Shown piece after piece: positions 1 to 16,811 of a DNA stretch of 64,000 bases. Where the stretch lies: assembly GCF_041886205.1 (NCBI RefSeq), contig NZ_CP169029.1; one strand, given 5' to 3'. The stretch is from Escherichia coli. GTDB taxonomy: Bacteria; Pseudomonadota; Gammaproteobacteria; Enterobacterales; Enterobacteriaceae. A model generated the notes under the pieces. The model searched no databases and had not been told where the DNA came from. It saw only the letters and a list, made by a program, of their open reading frames with translations. Positions within the stretch are counted from its first letter, which is position 1. Each line of letters begins with the position of its first letter. The position numbers and the translations under genes were made by a program.

Positions 1-368
<368 letters not shown>

Positions 369-447
369 CTATCCAACCGAAGTGTACTATACATTCGGTG
401 GGCCAGTTTAGCACAAAGAGCCTCGAAACCCAAATTCCAGTCAATTC

Positions 448-1599
448 TTAATCAGCTTGCTTACGCAGGAATGCTGGGATATCCAGATAATCCGGCTCTT
501 TCGCAGTTTGCGGCGCATTGTCATTCACGACTTTAGCAACCGGCTTCTGCTCCTGGGTCAGCGGAGCCATCCCGTGCTGCTGGTAGCGATCCATCACTGG
601 CTGCTGAACCTGCTTATTGGTCACCAGAGTGATTTCAGGACGTTTGTCCATGCCGATACCTGTCGCAACAACGGTTACGCGCAGCTCGTCATTCATATCC
701 GGGTCAAGAGAAGTACCGATAACCACAGTCGCGTTGTCGGAAGCAAATGCACGGATGGTGTTACCTACCGTTTCGAACTCATCCAGACGCAGGTCGAAGC
801 CCGCCGTGATGTTAACCAGCACGCCGCGCGCGCCAGACAGGTCGATATCTTCCAGCAGCGGAGAAGAGATAGCCATTTCAGCAGCTTCTTCCGCACGGTC
901 TTCACCGCTCGCCACGCCAGAACCCATCATTGCGTAGCCCATTTCAGACATTACGGTGCGTACGTCTGCAAAGTCCACGTTCATCAAACCCGGACGAGTA
1001 ATCAGTTCGGCGATACCTTGCACAGCGCCTTTGAGTACATCGTTCGCTGCGCCAAACGCATCCAGCAGGGAGATACCGCGGCCCAGAACTTTCAGCAGTT
1101 TGTCGTTCGGGATAGTGATCAGAGAGTCCACATGCTTGGACAGTTCAGTGATCCCCTGCTCCGCGAATGCCATACGCTTCTTGCCTTCAAAGTTGAAGGG
1201 CTTAGTGACGACAGCAACGGTCAGGATACCCAAATCTTTTGCCACTTCAGCGACGACTGGTGCTGCACCTGTACCGGTACCACCACCCATACCCGCAGCA
1301 ATAAAGACCATGTCTGCACCTTCCAGCGCCGCACGCAGTGCATCGCGATCCTCATCAGCCGCATTGCGGCCAACTTCTGGATTAGCGCCAGCTCCCAGTC
1401 CTTTGGTGATACCGCTACCGATTTGAATCGTCTGTCCAACCGCTGTTTTACGCAGCGCTTGTGCATCGGTATTTACCGCGAAGAATTCAACACCTTCAAT
1501 GCGCTCGCGCACCATGTGTTCAACAGCATTACCGCCGCCGCCGCCGACGCCGATGACTTTAATCACCGCGTCATTGGTAAGTTCCATTGGTTCAAACAT
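448..1599 (-). CDS. ftsZ: Cell division GTPase FtsZ (383 aa)
   Basis: ORF track 383 aa; tubulin-like GGGTGTG signature; full-length match to E. coli FtsZ from memory. Confidence 0.97.
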
Positions 1600-1659
1600 A
1601 GTTTCTCTCCGATTTGTGCCTGTCGCCTGAGACCGTAATCATTGTCGGCCTCATAAAAA

Positions 1660-2922
1660 TTAAAACTCTTTTCGCAGCCAACTATTGAGTCGCTTGATCC
1701 ACGAGCCAACTGATGCTGTAACACGTTTTTCTACTTCAGCTTCACCGTTAAGATGTGACTCTTTCCCGTAATGAAGCAATCCCACCGCCGTCGAATAATA
1801 CGGCTCCTGAGCATAATCCGTTAAACCGGTAATGTTCAGTGGCGCGCCGATACGCACCTGCGTATGAAACACGCGCTGAGCACAGGCTGCAAGACCTTCA
1901 ATCTGCGCTGCGCCACCGGTTAATACAATGCCTGCCGCCAGGTGATGTTTAACCCCTTGTTGGCGAAGCTTTTCCTGCAACTGCAATATCTCTTCGTTGA
2001 CCAGGTTGAGCAGCTCGGTATAGCGCGGCTCGATCACCTCTGCCAGGGTCTGACGTTGCAGACTCCGCGGCGGACGACCGCCTACGCTCGGCACTTCCAC
2101 GCTCTCATCTTTTCCAACGATGGAACCCAGCGCACAACCGTGGCGAACTTTAATCGCTTCGGCGTCGCTTGGCGGCGTGCCAAAGGCGTAAGCGATATCA
2201 CTGGTCACGACATTGCCAGCATAAGGAATTACCTTAGTGTGGCGCAATGCCCCACCGGTATAAACGGCGATATCCATTGTACCACCACCGATATCGACGA
2301 CGCAGACACCCAGTTCACGTTCATCTTCCGTCAATACCGAATAACTTGATGCCAGACCGGCAAATATCAGTTGGTCAACTTTCAGCCCACAACGTTCAAC
2401 CGCTTTGACGATGTTTTTCGCCATATCGTTGTGGCATGTGATCAGGTGCACTTTTGCCTGCATCCGCACGCCCGAAAGTCCTACCGGATTCTTGATCCCT
2501 TCCTGATAGTCAATCGCATACTCTTGCGGGATCACATGCAGCACACGATGCTCATCGCGCACACGCACCGATTTCGCGGTATGGACGACGTTTTCCACAT
2601 CTTCTTGCGTTACTTCTTCTTCAGAAATAGGCACCATACCAATTTCATTCTGGCAGCTGATGTGCTTACCAGAAAGCGCCAGATATACCGAAGAGATCTG
2701 ACAATCTGCCATCAATTCTGCCTGGTCAATGGCGCGTTGTACGCACTTGACCACGGATTCGAGGTCGTTCACCCCGCCTTTATCCATACCACGCGACGGG
2801 CAGCTGCCCACGCCAATGATATTGACCATACCGTCGGGCAGAACTTCCCCTACTAAAGCGGCAACCTTCGCGGTACCAATCTCCAGTCCTACTACCAGTT
2901 TTCTGTCCGTCGCCTTGATCAT
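1660..2922 (-). CDS. ftsA: Cell division protein FtsA (actin-like ATPase, 420 aa)
   Basis: ORF track 420 aa, [20 protein letters not shown]...; conserved dcw order. Confidence 0.96.
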   Translation of the reverse strand: MIKATDRKLVVGLEIGTAKVAALVGEVLPDGMVNIIGVGSCPSRGMDKGGVNDLESVVKCVQRAIDQAELMADCQISSVYLALSGKHISCQNEIGMVPISEEEVTQEDVENVVHTAKSVRVRDEHRVLHVIPQEYAIDYQEGIKNPVGLSGVRMQAKVHLITCHNDMAKNIVKAVERCGLKVDQLIFAGLASSYSVLTEDERELGVCVVDIGGGTMDIAVYTGGALRHTKVIPYAGNVVTSDIAYAFGTPPSDAEAIKVRHGCALGSIVGKDESVEVPSVGGRPPRSLQRQTLAEVIEPRYTELLNLVNEEILQLQEKLRQQGVKHHLAAGIVLTGGAAQIEGLAACAQRVFHTQVRIGAPLNITGLTDYAQEPYYSTAVGLLHYGKESHLNGEAEVEKRVTASVGSWIKRLNSWLRKEF

Positions 2923-3749
2923 TGTTGTTCTGCCTGTGCCTGATTTTGTTGCTGAGTAGATTCCTCTGGCGGCAAGGGCGCCCAGCCTACTGCCGCTCCA
3001 GAGTCATAACGCAAATCAACGTAGCTAATCCGTTTGCCATCGGTTTGCGCCTGCTGCTGTAAAACCGGATAAAGTTCTACAAAGCGAGCCAAACGTTTCA
3101 TCGTATCGCCCCGGCCAAGATTGAGCTTAATATCGTTATTCAGCGTCAACTGCCAGGAACGCCGCGCGGTCATCGCCGCTTCCTTCAGAGTAAATCTGTC
3201 CTTTGCCAGCATCTGCCCCATTTCGCGATAGCCCTGCAACACTTCATTGGCGCTGCCTTCCGGGCCATACAGCATTGGAAGCACCTGCTTGCTGGTGCGA
3301 TCTGGCGGCACGCTAAAGGTGTTTCCTTCCGCGTCTACCATATGTTGATCATTCCACCGCGCAATCGGCACATATTCAACCAGATGAATCTTCAATTCAT
3401 CTGGCCACTGCTTTCTGACGCTCACCTGCTTAATCCACGGCAGGCGTTGTTCTATTTGCGTCTGGATGATGTTGACATCCTGGGTCATAAAGGTACCCGG
3501 CTCACCCAATGCCAGGATCGATTGCCGGATATCGTCATTACGCGTGTAATGGCGTTCACCGGTCAACACCAGCTTTGAGAGCGGCAGGCGTTGCGCATCT
3601 TCCATCCAGCCCAACACGACCCAGCCGCTCACCAACACTGTCGTTAAAACGGTCAGCAGGAAAAGGATCCCCGCCAGACGCGTTCCATTATTGCGGCGAG
3701 AAGAAACCTCTTCTTCGCTGTTTCGCGTGTTCAGAGCAGCCTGCGACAT
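2919..3749 (-). CDS. ftsQ: Cell division protein FtsQ (276 aa)
   Basis: ORF track 276 aa; 4-bp overlap with ftsA start; position in dcw cluster. Confidence 0.95.
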   Translation of the reverse strand: MSQAALNTRNSEEEVSSRRNNGTRLAGILFLLTVLTTVLVSGWVVLGWMEDAQRLPLSKLVLTGERHYTRNDDIRQSILALGEPGTFMTQDVNIIQTQIEQRLPWIKQVSVRKQWPDELKIHLVEYVPIARWNDQHMVDAEGNTFSVPPDRTSKQVLPMLYGPEGSANEVLQGYREMGQMLAKDRFTLKEAAMTARRSWQLTLNNDIKLNLGRGDTMKRLARFVELYPVLQQQAQTDGKRISYVDLRYDSGAAVGWAPLPPEESTQQQNQAQAEQQ

Positions 3750-3750
3750 A

Positions 3751-6139
<2,389 letters not shown>

Positions 6140-6192
6140 TCTTTACGCCATTAACTTCTTAAATTCATACGATGCAAAAGGCATCGCTACAA

Positions 6193-7260
6193 TTACGCCC
6201 GGGCAGCCCGGCTCACTTCATTTGCCACTCGCTCGGTGGCATCCGGAATGGATGCAGCGCGGGCGCGTTCTGCCATGGTTAATAAGGTTTCTCGCGACCA
6301 CCCGGCCAGGGTGTTGGCGACAGCATCCACGCTAAGCTGTGGCTGCTCGATAATTTTGGCTGCGCCCGCTTTTTCCAGCGGTAGCGCATTCCAGTATTGC
6401 TGGCGGTCTTTATGTTGAAACGGTACAAACAACGCCGGTAGTCCCGCCGCGGCGATTTCACTCACCGTTAACGCACCAGAGCGGCAAACGACGACATCCG
6501 CCCACGCATACGCCGCCGCCATATCATCAATAAATTCCGTCACTTTATGCTGCGGTTGCCCCGCTTCGGCATACGCCTGTTCAACGGATTGTTGCGAACC
6601 TTTGCCGCTCTGATGCCAGATAGTGACTGAATCACCCAGTTTCGCAGCAACCTGCGGCATTGTCTGGTTAAGAATGCGTGCGCCCTGGGAACCACCCACT
6701 ACCAGCACACGAACCGGACCTTCACGTCCAGCCAAACGTTGCTGCGGCAACGGTAGCGCCAGCACATCGGTACGCACCGGGTTACCCACCACTTCCGCAT
6801 TAGGGAAAGCGCCTGGAAACGCCTGCATCACTTTGGTGGCAATCTTCGCCAGCCATTTATTGGTTAAGCCCGCAATACCGTTTTGTTCATGAAGTACAAC
6901 CGGAATGCCTAACGACCACGCGGCCAGACCACCAGGACCTGATACGTAGCCGCCCATACCGAGCACCACGTCAGGTTTGTACGCTTTCATAATCGCCCGC
7001 GCCTGACGCCAGGCATTGAAGATACGCAGCGGCGCAGCTATCAGTGCTTTTATACCTTTTCCACGCAGACCAGAGATACGAATGAAATCAATTTCGATGC
7101 CATGTTTTGGCACTAAGTCCGCTTCCATACGGTCGGCAGTCCCCAGCCAGCGAACTTGCCAACCCTGAGCCATTAGATGGTGCGCAACCGCCAGTCCCGG
7201 GAATACATGTCCACCGGTTCCGCCTGCCATCACCATTAATCGCTTTCCTTGACCACTCAT
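6193..7260 (-). CDS. murG: Lipid II synthase MurG (UDP-GlcNAc transferase, 355 aa)
   Basis: ORF track 355 aa, [26 protein letters not shown]... Confidence 0.96.
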
Positions 7261-8501
7261 CGTGAACCTCGTACAAACGCCTGCGCTTTCTCCAGACGCG
7301 TTTCATAATCAATACGCAACAGCATCATGATGGCTGTCGACATAATCAGTAAGCTCGAACCACCGTAACTGATCAGCGGCAATGTCAGACCTTTGGTCGG
7401 TAACATCCCCGCCGCCGCGCCTACGTTAACCAGCGCCTGGAAGCTAAACCAGATGCCAATGGAACAGGCGAGAAAACCGGAAAAACGGTGGTCAATTTCT
7501 AACGCTTTGCGGCCAATCGACATCGCACGAAAAGCGACGAAGAATACCATTAAAAGTGCCAGCACCACACCGACATACCCCAGTTCTTCGCCGATAATGG
7601 CGAAAATAAAGTCAGTGTGCGCTTCCGGCAGATACTCCAGTTTTTGTACCGAGTTACCTAAACCTTGCCCCCAAAGTTCGCCGCGACCAAACGCCATCAG
7701 CGATTGCGTTAACTGATAGCCGCTGCCAAAGGGATCTTCCCACGGGTTCCAGAATGCGGTAACACGGCGGATACGGTACGGTTCGGCGAGTATCAGCAAC
7801 ACAACCGCTGAAATGCCCATACCGATAATGGCAATGAACTGCCACAATTTCGCTCCCGCCAGGAACAACATCGCCAGCGTAGTCACAAACAACACCACCA
7901 CCGTACCAAGGTCTGGCTGTGCCAGCAGTAACACTGCCAACACCAGAATCACGCCCATCGGTTTCAGGAAGCCGCGCAGGTTATTACGTACTTCGTCGCC
8001 TTTACGCACCAGATAGTTGGCGATATAGCAAAACAGCGACAGTTTTGTCAGCTCCGCAGGCTGGATACGCAGCAAACCGAGATCGATCCAACGCGATGCC
8101 CCTTTAACCGAGCTACCCACTACCAGCACGATCATCAGCAGGATGATAGATCCGAGCAGCATCGTGGCACTGTAGCGTTGCCAGAACTCCATCGGCAGAC
8201 GCAGCGTAATGATCGCCAGAATAAACGCCAAAATCAGATAGACGCCATCACGCTTCGCGAAGAAGAACGGATCGTTGGTTAAGCGTTGCCCTATGGGCAT
8301 TGACGCCGAGGTCACCATGATAAAGCCAATCGCCGCGAGGCCGAAGGTCAGCCACAGTAAGGTGCGATCGTACATGATCAGGCTGTCGGTATCTTTTTCC
8401 CGCGAGCCCATCACCCAGCCCTTTAGCGCCGTGGAGATCCAGACCAGGATACTGAATCCTGGCAGGCGCGGCATTTTCAGGCGAGGGAGAGATAAACGCA
8501 T
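7257..8501 (-). CDS. ftsW: Peptidoglycan glycosyltransferase FtsW (SEDS family, 414 aa)
   Basis: ORF track 415 aa starting MM; known protein starts at the second Met ([15 protein letters not shown]...); polytopic membrane protein. Confidence 0.93.
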
Positions 8502-9817
8502 CAACCTAACTCCTTCGCCAGACGGGCAAACTCATTGCCTCGTTGTTCAAAGTTCTTGAACTGATCAAGGCTGGCACAGGCCGGGGAGAGCAGAACCATA
8601 TCGCCCAGCTGAACACGCGGAGCCAGCAAGCGCATCGCCTGTTCCATAGTTTCGGTTTGTTCTGCCACTTCCGGACGTAGCGCCGCCAGCTGCGCGCCGT
8701 CACGACCGAAACAATACAGACGTACGTTATCGCCATTCAGGTAACGCGCCAGTGGGCTAAAGTCCGCCGATTTACCATCGCCGCCCAGCAACAAATGCAG
8801 CGTGCCGTCTACGTGCAGGCCATTCAGCGCCGCTTCCGTACTGCCGACGTTGGTCGCTTTTGAATCGTTAATCCAGCGCACACCGTTATGCTCCAGCACC
8901 ACTTCAAAGCGATGCGGCAGACCAGTGAATGTGGTTAACGCTTTCAGGCTGCTGGCGCGCGGTAACCCTGCGGCATCTGCCAGCGCCAGCGCCGCCAGCG
9001 CATTGGTGTAGTTATGCTGCCCGGAAATTTTCATTTCTTTCACGTTCAGCACTTTCTCGCCTTTCACCCGCAGCCAGGTTTCGCCCTGCTGATGATTCAG
9101 GTGATAGTCACCCATGTTGACGCCAAAGCTGACGCAGCGTTCATCCGCACCACGAATCGGCATTGTTAAGGCATCATCAGCATTAACCACGCAAACTTTT
9201 GCGTTTTCGTAAATGCGCAGTTTTGCTGCACGATACTGTTGTAAACCAAACGGATAGCGATCCATATGATCTTCAGTCACGTTCAGAATGGTCGCTGCAA
9301 CCGCCTGTAAGCTGGAGGTGGTTTCCAGCTGGAAGCTCGACAGTTCCAGCACGTACAGTTCACACTCATCATCCAGTAGCATCAACGCAGGCAAGCCAAT
9401 ATTGCCACCCACACCAACGTTAACCCCCGCCGCTTTCGCCATTTCACCCACTAGCGTGGTGACCGTGCTTTTGCCGTTAGAACCGGTAATCGCCACAATC
9501 GGTGCTTGTGCTTCGCGACAGAACAGCTCGATATCGCCAACGATTTCGATTCCGGCATCAGCGGCAGCGCTTAAGGATGGATGCGCCAGTGCAATACCGG
9601 GACTGGCGACAATTAGATCTGCCGCCATCAGCCATTCATCATTCAGACTGCCCGTGTGGCGTTCTACGGCTTCGGGTAATTTATCCAGGCCTGGCGGTGT
9701 CATACGCGTATCCATAACGCGCGGCGTCACACCGCGAGCGAGGAAAAAGTCCACGCAGGAAAGCCCGGTGAGGCCCAGGCCGATAATGACAACATTTTTA
9801 CCCTGGTAATCAGCCAT
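8501..9817 (-). CDS. murD: UDP-N-acetylmuramoylalanine--D-glutamate ligase MurD (438 aa)
   Basis: ORF track 438 aa, [25 protein letters not shown]... Confidence 0.96.
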
Positions 9818-9819
9818 GA

Positions 9820-10902
9820 TTAACGTACCTTCAGCGTTGCCAGACCAATCAGGACCAGCATCAGCGAAATAATCCAGAAACGCACAATGACGCGCGGTTC
9901 CGGCCAGCCTTTCAGTTCATAGTGGTGATGAATCGGTGCCATGCGGAAAATTCGTTGTCCGCGCAGTTTAAAGGAGCCGACCTGCAGGATGACAGAAAGC
10001 GTTTCTACCACGAACACTCCCCCCATAATCACCAGCAGGAATTCCTGACGTAGCAGTACGGCGATAATGCCTAACGCACCACCTAACGCCAGCGAACCTA
10101 CATCGCCCATAAAGACCTGCGCCGGATAGGTGTTAAACCACAGGAAGCCCAGTCCTGCCCCGACTATCGCGGTACAGACAATAACCAGTTCCCCGGCGTG
10201 TCGCAGATACGGTATGTGTAAATAGCTGGCAAAGTTCATGTTGCCGGTCGCCCACGCCACCAGCGCAAAACCACCGGCGACAAATACGGTCGGCATAATT
10301 GCCAGACCGTCAAGACCATCGGTCAGGTTTACCGCGTTGCCAGTACCCACAATGACGAAGTAAGCCAGCAGAATGTAGAACAGCCCCAGTTGCGGCATCA
10401 CATCTTTAAAGAATGGGACCACCAGCTGCGTTGCGGGCGTGTCTTTGCCGACAAGGTACAAAGCGAAAGCAACACCCAGCGCAATGACCGACATCCAGAA
10501 ATATTTCCAACGAGCGATCAACCCTTTGGTGTCTTTACGCACCACTTTGCGATAATCATCAACAAAGCCAATAACACCGTAACCTACCAGCACCACCAAC
10601 ACGCACCAGACGTACGGATTGGACGGGTAAGCCCACAGCAGTACGGAGATCACAATCGCCGTCAGGATCATAATCCCGCCCATGGTCGGCGTACCGCGCT
10701 TGCTGAAGTGTGATTCAGGACCGTCGTTACGCACCACCTGACCAAAGGAAAGTTTTTGCAAATGAGCAATCATACGCGGGCCCATCCACAATGAGATGAA
10801 CAGCGCGGTCAGCAGGCTGACGATGGCGCGAAACGTCAGATAGGAAAAGACGTTAAAGCCGGAATAATATTTGACCAAATGTTCGGCCAGCCAAACTAAC
10901 AT
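9820..10902 (-). CDS. mraY: Phospho-N-acetylmuramoyl-pentapeptide transferase MraY (360 aa)
   Basis: ORF track 360 aa; polytopic membrane protein; dcw order. Confidence 0.96.
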   Translation of the reverse strand: MLVWLAEHLVKYYSGFNVFSYLTFRAIVSLLTALFISLWMGPRMIAHLQKLSFGQVVRNDGPESHFSKRGTPTMGGIMILTAIVISVLLWAYPSNPYVWCVLVVLVGYGVIGFVDDYRKVVRKDTKGLIARWKYFWMSVIALGVAFALYLVGKDTPATQLVVPFFKDVMPQLGLFYILLAYFVIVGTGNAVNLTDGLDGLAIMPTVFVAGGFALVAWATGNMNFASYLHIPYLRHAGELVIVCTAIVGAGLGFLWFNTYPAQVFMGDVGSLALGGALGIIAVLLRQEFLLVIMGGVFVVETLSVILQVGSFKLRGQRIFRMAPIHHHYELKGWPEPRVIVRFWIISLMLVLIGLATLKVR

Positions 10903-12254
10903 GTCCCATTCTCCTGTAAAGCGCGTACTACCTCTTCCATGGCGGCACTACGTGAACCCTTAACTAAAATCGTAATTACCTGTTGCTCAGCAATCAGTGA
11001 TTTAAGACGCGCGATAAGCGCTGTTTTATCTGCAAAATGCTCGCCAACGCCGCTGGCGGTGCTGATAGCATGGCTTTGTTTACCCACGCTTAACACGCGG
11101 TCAATACCAGCAGCTTTTGCCGCCTCGCCCACCTGTACATGGCAGGCTTCGCTTTCAGCGCCCAATTCCGCCATATCGCCCACCACCAGCACGCGGTAGC
11201 CCGGCATTTCAGCCAGTACCTGAACAGCGGCGGTCATTGAACCGACATTGGCGTTGTAGGAGTCGTCGAGCAGCAACTGGTTTTCCGCCAGTTGGATGGG
11301 GAACAGACGGCCTGGAACGGCTTTCAGATTTGCCAGCCCCGCTTTGATAGCATCAAGCGTTGCGCCCACGGACATGGAGAGCGCAGCGGCTGCCAGCGCA
11401 TTCGCAATATTGTGACGCCCTGGAAGCGGTAGTAGAACATCCACACTACCGGTTGGGGTTTGCAGGGTAAATTCCGTACCGTGCGAGGTCACATGGATAT
11501 TGGTGGCGGTGAAATCGCTGTTGGCGGCATTGGGTGAGAAACGCCACACTTTGCGTGAGCCAATTACGCTCTGCCAGTTCAGCCAGTCGTTGTTGTCGGC
11601 GTTCATAATGGCGATACCGTTTTCCGGCAGGCCGCTAAAGATTTCACCTTTCGCTTTCGCGACCCCCGCAAGCGAGCCAAAACCTTCCAGATGTGCCGCT
11701 GCCAGGTTGTTGACCAGCGCCGCTTCCGGGCGAGTCAGACTCACAGTCCAGGCAATTTCGCCCTGATGGTTCGCGCCAAGTTCAATAACTGCGTAATCGT
11801 ATTCCGGCGTTAAGCGCAACAGCGTCATCGGTACACCGATGTCGTTGTTGAGATTGCCTGCCGTATAAAGCGTGTTGCCGCACTGGCTTAAAATCGCCGC
11901 CGTCATCTCTTTAACGGAGGTTTTGCCGGAGGACCCCGTCAGAGCAACCACGCGCGCCGGAACTTGCTGGCGAACCCATGCAGCCAGTTCACCAAACGCC
12001 AGACGCGTATCCTTGACGATTAACTGCGGCAGGTCGATGTCCAGCGGACGGCTAACCAGTAGTGCGCCTGCGCCGCCAGCTTTCGCCTGGTCGGCAAAAT
12101 CGTGGGCATCAAAACGTTCGCCTTTCAGGGCAACAAACAGGCAGCCCGGCATCAGTTTTCGCGTGTCAGTGGTTACAGCATCAAGGGTGATATCTGCACC
12201 TTGCAGTTCACCGTTGAGAATATCGGTAAGTTGGCTAAGGGTTACGCTAATCAT
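10896..12254 (-). CDS. murF: UDP-MurNAc-tripeptide--D-alanyl-D-alanine ligase MurF (452 aa)
   Basis: ORF track 452 aa; Mur ligase P-loop GSSGKTS; overlaps mraY start. Confidence 0.96.
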   Translation of the reverse strand: MISVTLSQLTDILNGELQGADITLDAVTTDTRKLMPGCLFVALKGERFDAHDFADQAKAGGAGALLVSRPLDIDLPQLIVKDTRLAFGELAAWVRQQVPARVVALTGSSGKTSVKEMTAAILSQCGNTLYTAGNLNNDIGVPMTLLRLTPEYDYAVIELGANHQGEIAWTVSLTRPEAALVNNLAAAHLEGFGSLAGVAKAKGEIFSGLPENGIAIMNADNNDWLNWQSVIGSRKVWRFSPNAANSDFTATNIHVTSHGTEFTLQTPTGSVDVLLPLPGRHNIANALAAAALSMSVGATLDAIKAGLANLKAVPGRLFPIQLAENQLLLDDSYNANVGSMTAAVQVLAEMPGYRVLVVGDMAELGAESEACHVQVGEAAKAAGIDRVLSVGKQSHAISTASGVGEHFADKTALIARLKSLIAEQQVITILVKGSRSAAMEEVVRALQENGTC

Positions 12255-13738
12255 GCAATCACCCCCAGCAGACGCGCCACCGTGACGCGATCGGAGTAGT
12301 CCAGACGCTGATTGCCAACAATCTGGTAATCTTCATGGCCTTTGCCCGCGACCAGTACCACATCATTCTCTTTGGCCTGCATAACGGCGCAAGTCACCGC
12401 TTCAGCACGGCCTTCCATCACTTTGGCATGTCCGGCATCTAACATTCCCGCCAGAATATCGTTGATGATGGCACGCGGTTCTTCGGTACGCGGGTTATCG
12501 TCCGTCACCACCGCCACGTCAGCAAACTCTTCGGCAATTGCGCCCATCAGTGGACGCTTACCTTTATCGCGATCGCCACCACAGCCAAAGACGCACCACA
12601 GCTTGCCCGCACAGTGCAGGCGCGCCGCCTGTAAGGCTTTTTCCAGTGCATCCGGCGTATGCGCGTAATCCACCACCACCGTCGGTTTGCCTGGCGCAGT
12701 GAACACTTCCATACGTCCGCAAACCGGTTGCAGACGCGCGGCGGTTTTTAACAGATCAGCCAGCGGGTAGCCAAGTGCCAGCAGTGTCGCCAGCGCGAGC
12801 AGCAGGTTGCTGACGTTAAAAGCGCCCATCAGATGGCTTTCAATTTCGCCATCGCCCCAACTTGAACTAAAGCGAATGGTCGCGCCGCTGTCGTGATAGT
12901 TCACTTCGGTCGCTTTCAACCAGCGTCCGTGACAGTTCGGATTGATATGATCTTCCATTGATACCGCAACCGCGTCCGGCAGTTTTGCCAACCAGCGGCG
13001 GCCCACTTCATCGTCGGCGTTAATAATCGCCTGACCGCAATGATGCTCAGAATAAAGCAGCCATTTCGCGGCTTCGTAGTGTTCCATATCACCATGATAA
13101 TCAAGGTGATCGCGGCTTAAGTTGGTAAAGACCGACGCCGCAAATTTCAATGCCGCCACACGGTGCTGTACCAGCCCGTGGGAGGAAACTTCCATTGCGC
13201 AAAAAGTCGCGCCCTGATCCACCAGCCCCGCCAGCTCATGCTGAACATCGACTGCCGAACCGGTGGTATTTTCTGTCGGGATCACTTTCCCCAGCAGACC
13301 GTTACCAACGGTGCCCATTACCGCGCTGGTTTCGCCAAGCAGTTGGCTCCACTGCGCCAGCAGCTGGGTCGTCGTGGTTTTGCCGTTGGTGCCCGTTACG
13401 CCTACGAGACGTAAATTGTCAGAGGGTTCATGGTAAAAGCGGCCCGCCAGTGCAGATAAACGCTCATTGAGCTGGCTGAGATAGATGACCGGTACGCCGT
13501 GCATTTCACGGATTTCACCGTCGGTCGCCTCATCTTTCGCCTCTGCAATAATGGCAGCCACACCTTGCGCTATCGCCTGCGGGATATATCGACGCCCGTC
13601 CGCCTGATGACCTACTACAGCTACAAAGAGATCGCCCGCCGCAGCCACACGGCTGTCGAGTGTCATCTCTCGCAGTGCTCGCGAAGGTGCGTCTGGCACC
13701 CACGGAGCAAGAAGGTCGCGCAAATTACGATCTGCCAC
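12251..13738 (-). CDS. murE: UDP-MurNAc-L-Ala-D-Glu--meso-diaminopimelate ligase MurE (495 aa)
   Basis: ORF track 495 aa; [10 protein letters not shown]-loop; dcw order. Confidence 0.96.
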
Positions 13739-15491
13739 CTGTCCCCTCGCCTTGATTAATCACAAATTCATTTTTATCGCCCGTTGTCAGCGCATCCGGC
13801 TCGATGTTCATGGTACGCAATACGCCGCCCATGATGGCACCAAAGACCGGCGCGGAAACGGCGCCGCCGTAGTATTTACCCGCCTGCGGATCGTTGATAA
13901 CAACAACCAGCGCGAAGCGCGGCTGACTCGCAGGCGCAACGCCTGCGGTATAAGCAATATATTTATTGATGTAGCGACCGTCCGGCCCGACCTTTTTCGC
14001 GGTACCGGTTTTAATGGCAATACGATAGCCTTTAATCGCCGCCTTCACGCCGCCGCCACCCGGTAGCGCCACGCTTTCCATCATATGCACCACAGTGCGG
14101 ACAATGGATTCCGGGAAGACACGTTCACCGGGAACCGGGGGGTCAACTTTGGTAATCGACAGCGGGCGATAAATGCCATAGCTGCCGATAGTTGCGTAGA
14201 CTCGCGCTAACTGTAACGGTGTTACCATTAGCCCGTAGCCGAAAGAGAAGGTGGCCCTCTCTATGTCAGACCACCGTTGTTTTTGAGGATATAAGCCACT
14301 GCGTTCTCCGACCAACCCCAAATTGGTCGCTTTTCCCAGTCCAAAACGTGAGTAAGTATCTACTAACGCTGAGGACGGCATCGCTAACGCCAGCTTGGAA
14401 ACACCGACGTTACTCGACTTCTGTAATACCCCGGTCAGGGTTAATTCGCTGTAGCGTGCCACGTCTTTGATTTCGTGGCCGTTAATTCGATAAGGAATGG
14501 TATTGAGTACCGAGTTTTCCCGCACCACGCCACGTTGCAACGCGGTCATCACCACCATCGGTTTAACCGTTGAACCCGGTTCAAACACGTCGGTGATGGT
14601 ACGGTTACGCATCGCCTCTTTCGGCGTGCCACTCAGATTGTTGGGGTTGTATGACGGGCTGTTAGCCATCGCCAACACTTCACCGGTGTTGACATCCACC
14701 AGCACGGCGCTACCAGATTCAGCCTTGTTAAAGGCCACCGCGTTGTTCAGTTCGCGATAAACCAGCGCCTGCAGGCGTTCATCAATACTCAGCGCCAGGT
14801 TGTGCGCAGCCTGGCTGTCAGTAGAAGAAATATCTTCAATTACGCGACCATAGCGGTCTTTACGCACAATGCGCTCACCCGGCTGCCCGGTAAGCCATTT
14901 ATCGAAACTCTTCTCGACGCCCTCAATCCCCTGGCTATCGACATTAGTAAAGCCGATGAGGTGAGCAGTCACTTCGCCGGATGGATAATAACGGCGAGAT
15001 TCTTCACGCAGATGAATCCCCGGCAGTTTCAGTTTTTTGATGTAGTCCGCCATGTCAGGGTTTACCTGACGCGCCAGATAAATAAAGCGCCCTTTCGGGT
15101 TGGCGTTAATGCGGGCAGAAAGCTGATCCAGCGGAATATTGAGCGCGTTAGCCAGCGCCTTCCAGCGGTCACCGACGCTGATACCGCCAGCGTCATGCAC
15201 TTCTTTCGGGTCAGCCCAAATCGCTTTTACCGGCACGCTCACCGCTAACGGGCGACCAGAACGGTCAGTAATCATGCCGCGGGAGGTGGAAACTTGCTGA
15301 ACGCGAAGAGAACGCATGTCGCCCTCTTTCACCAGCATATCCGGGGAGATAACTTGTAACCACGCTACGCGTCCGAGCAGAAAAGCCAGCGCCAGGAGAA
15401 TACAGCCGCATAACAACGCAAAACGCCAACTGATAAAGTTGGCATGTTCTTCCTGACGTTTTGGTTTCTGCGTTTTCGCCGCTGCTTTCAT
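13725..15491 (-). CDS. ftsI: Peptidoglycan transpeptidase FtsI / PBP3 (588 aa)
   Basis: ORF track 588 aa; STVK and KTG penicillin-binding motifs visible in the translation. Confidence 0.96.
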
Positions 15492-15506
15492 GCGTCGCGT
15501 TTATCC

Positions 15507-15872
15507 TTATTTTTGCACTACGATATTTTCTTGTGACGGATCAACATGCTGCATTTGCAGCTTTTCCGTGGCGATCCTTTCCACCCGGCTATGGTCGCCG
15601 AGCGCATTCTCTTCAAGGATCAGGTTGCGCCATTCAATGTCTAAAGCATCTCGCTCCAGCACCAGTTGTTCGCGCTGAGCGGTCAGTAAACGGGTATGGT
15701 GCGCCGTGGTTACCACGGTCACCGCCGTCAAAATAATGCAAATGAACAGGCAGAGTGGCAGCTTCCCAAATCGCAAAAGATCGTCACCGATAACACCAGG
15801 CAATGCATGGCGCTCGTGGCTTCCCATCGATCCTTTAACTTTGCTTAGAGCTTCTGTCACTCTGCTGATCAT
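15507..15872 (-). CDS. ftsL: Cell division protein FtsL (121 aa)
   Basis: ORF track 121 aa; start overlaps rsmH stop (ATGA); single TM segment plus leucine-zipper-like region. Confidence 0.93.
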
Positions 15873-16810
15873 GCGTTCGTCCTCTCTGCAATACGCAGAA
15901 CTGAACTACGGGCACGAGGGTTCTCAGCCACCTCTTCTTCGCCCGGCATTAACTTGCCTAGTGCTCGCAGCTGACGGCCACCCAGTTTTTTGAGCTGCTC
16001 TTCAGTCATCGGTAACCCTGCCGGAACTTGTGGACCGCGGCTGTTTTCACGCATAAAGCGTTTCACAATGCGGTCTTCCAGTGAGTGGAAGCTGATGATC
16101 GAAAGCCGCCCACCCGGGGCCAGCACGTTGAGCGAGCTTTTTAGCGCCTGCTCTATCTCCTCCAGTTCACTGTTTACCCAAATGCGCACCGCCTGGAAGG
16201 TACGGGTCGCGGGATGTTTGAACTTGTCTTTCACCGGCGTTGCGGCAGCCACGACTTCCGCCAGTTCTTTGGTGCGGGTCATCGGCTGTTCGCGGTTACG
16301 CTCGACAATGGCGCGGGCAATGCGTTTGGCAAAACGCTCTTCACCATAGGTTTTCAATACCCAGGCGATATCCGCTTCTTCTGCGGTTTGTAGCCATTCA
16401 GCGGCTGACTGCCCACGGGTTGGGTCCATACGCATGTCCAGCGGACCATCGCGCATAAAGGAAAAGCCGCGTTCAGCATCATCAAGTTGCGGTGAAGAGA
16501 CGCCAAGATCGAGGAGAATGCCGTCGATCTTGCCGATAAGATCGCGCTCGGCAACGTATTCGCCCAGCGCGGAGAAAGGTCCGTGGATGATGGAGAAGCG
16601 CGGATCATCAATAGTCTTCGCAACGGCGATAGCCTGCGGGTCGCGATCGATCGCCAACAAACGCCCCTCTTCGCCAAGCTGCGAGAGGATCAGACGTGAG
16701 TGACCACCGCGACCAAAAGTCCCATCAATGTAGATGCCATCAGGACGGATATTGAGGCCATTAACGGCTTCATCCAGCAGCACCGTAGTATGTTTATAGT
16801 TTTCCATCAT
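15869..16810 (-). CDS. rsmH: 16S rRNA m4C1402 methyltransferase RsmH/MraW (313 aa)
   Basis: ORF track gives 356 aa; known protein begins at internal [15 protein letters not shown] (43 codons in), giving 313 aa. Start coordinate derived from ORF-track arithmetic. Confidence 0.9.
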
Positions 16811-16811
16811 T

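Noticed and set aside
457-1638. 393-aa ORF on the + strand, fully antisense to ftsZ
   Set aside because: It entirely overlaps a highly conserved, codon-biased gene on the opposite strand, and its product is low-complexity (R/H/Q-rich) with no RBS context. This is a typical antisense shadow ORF.
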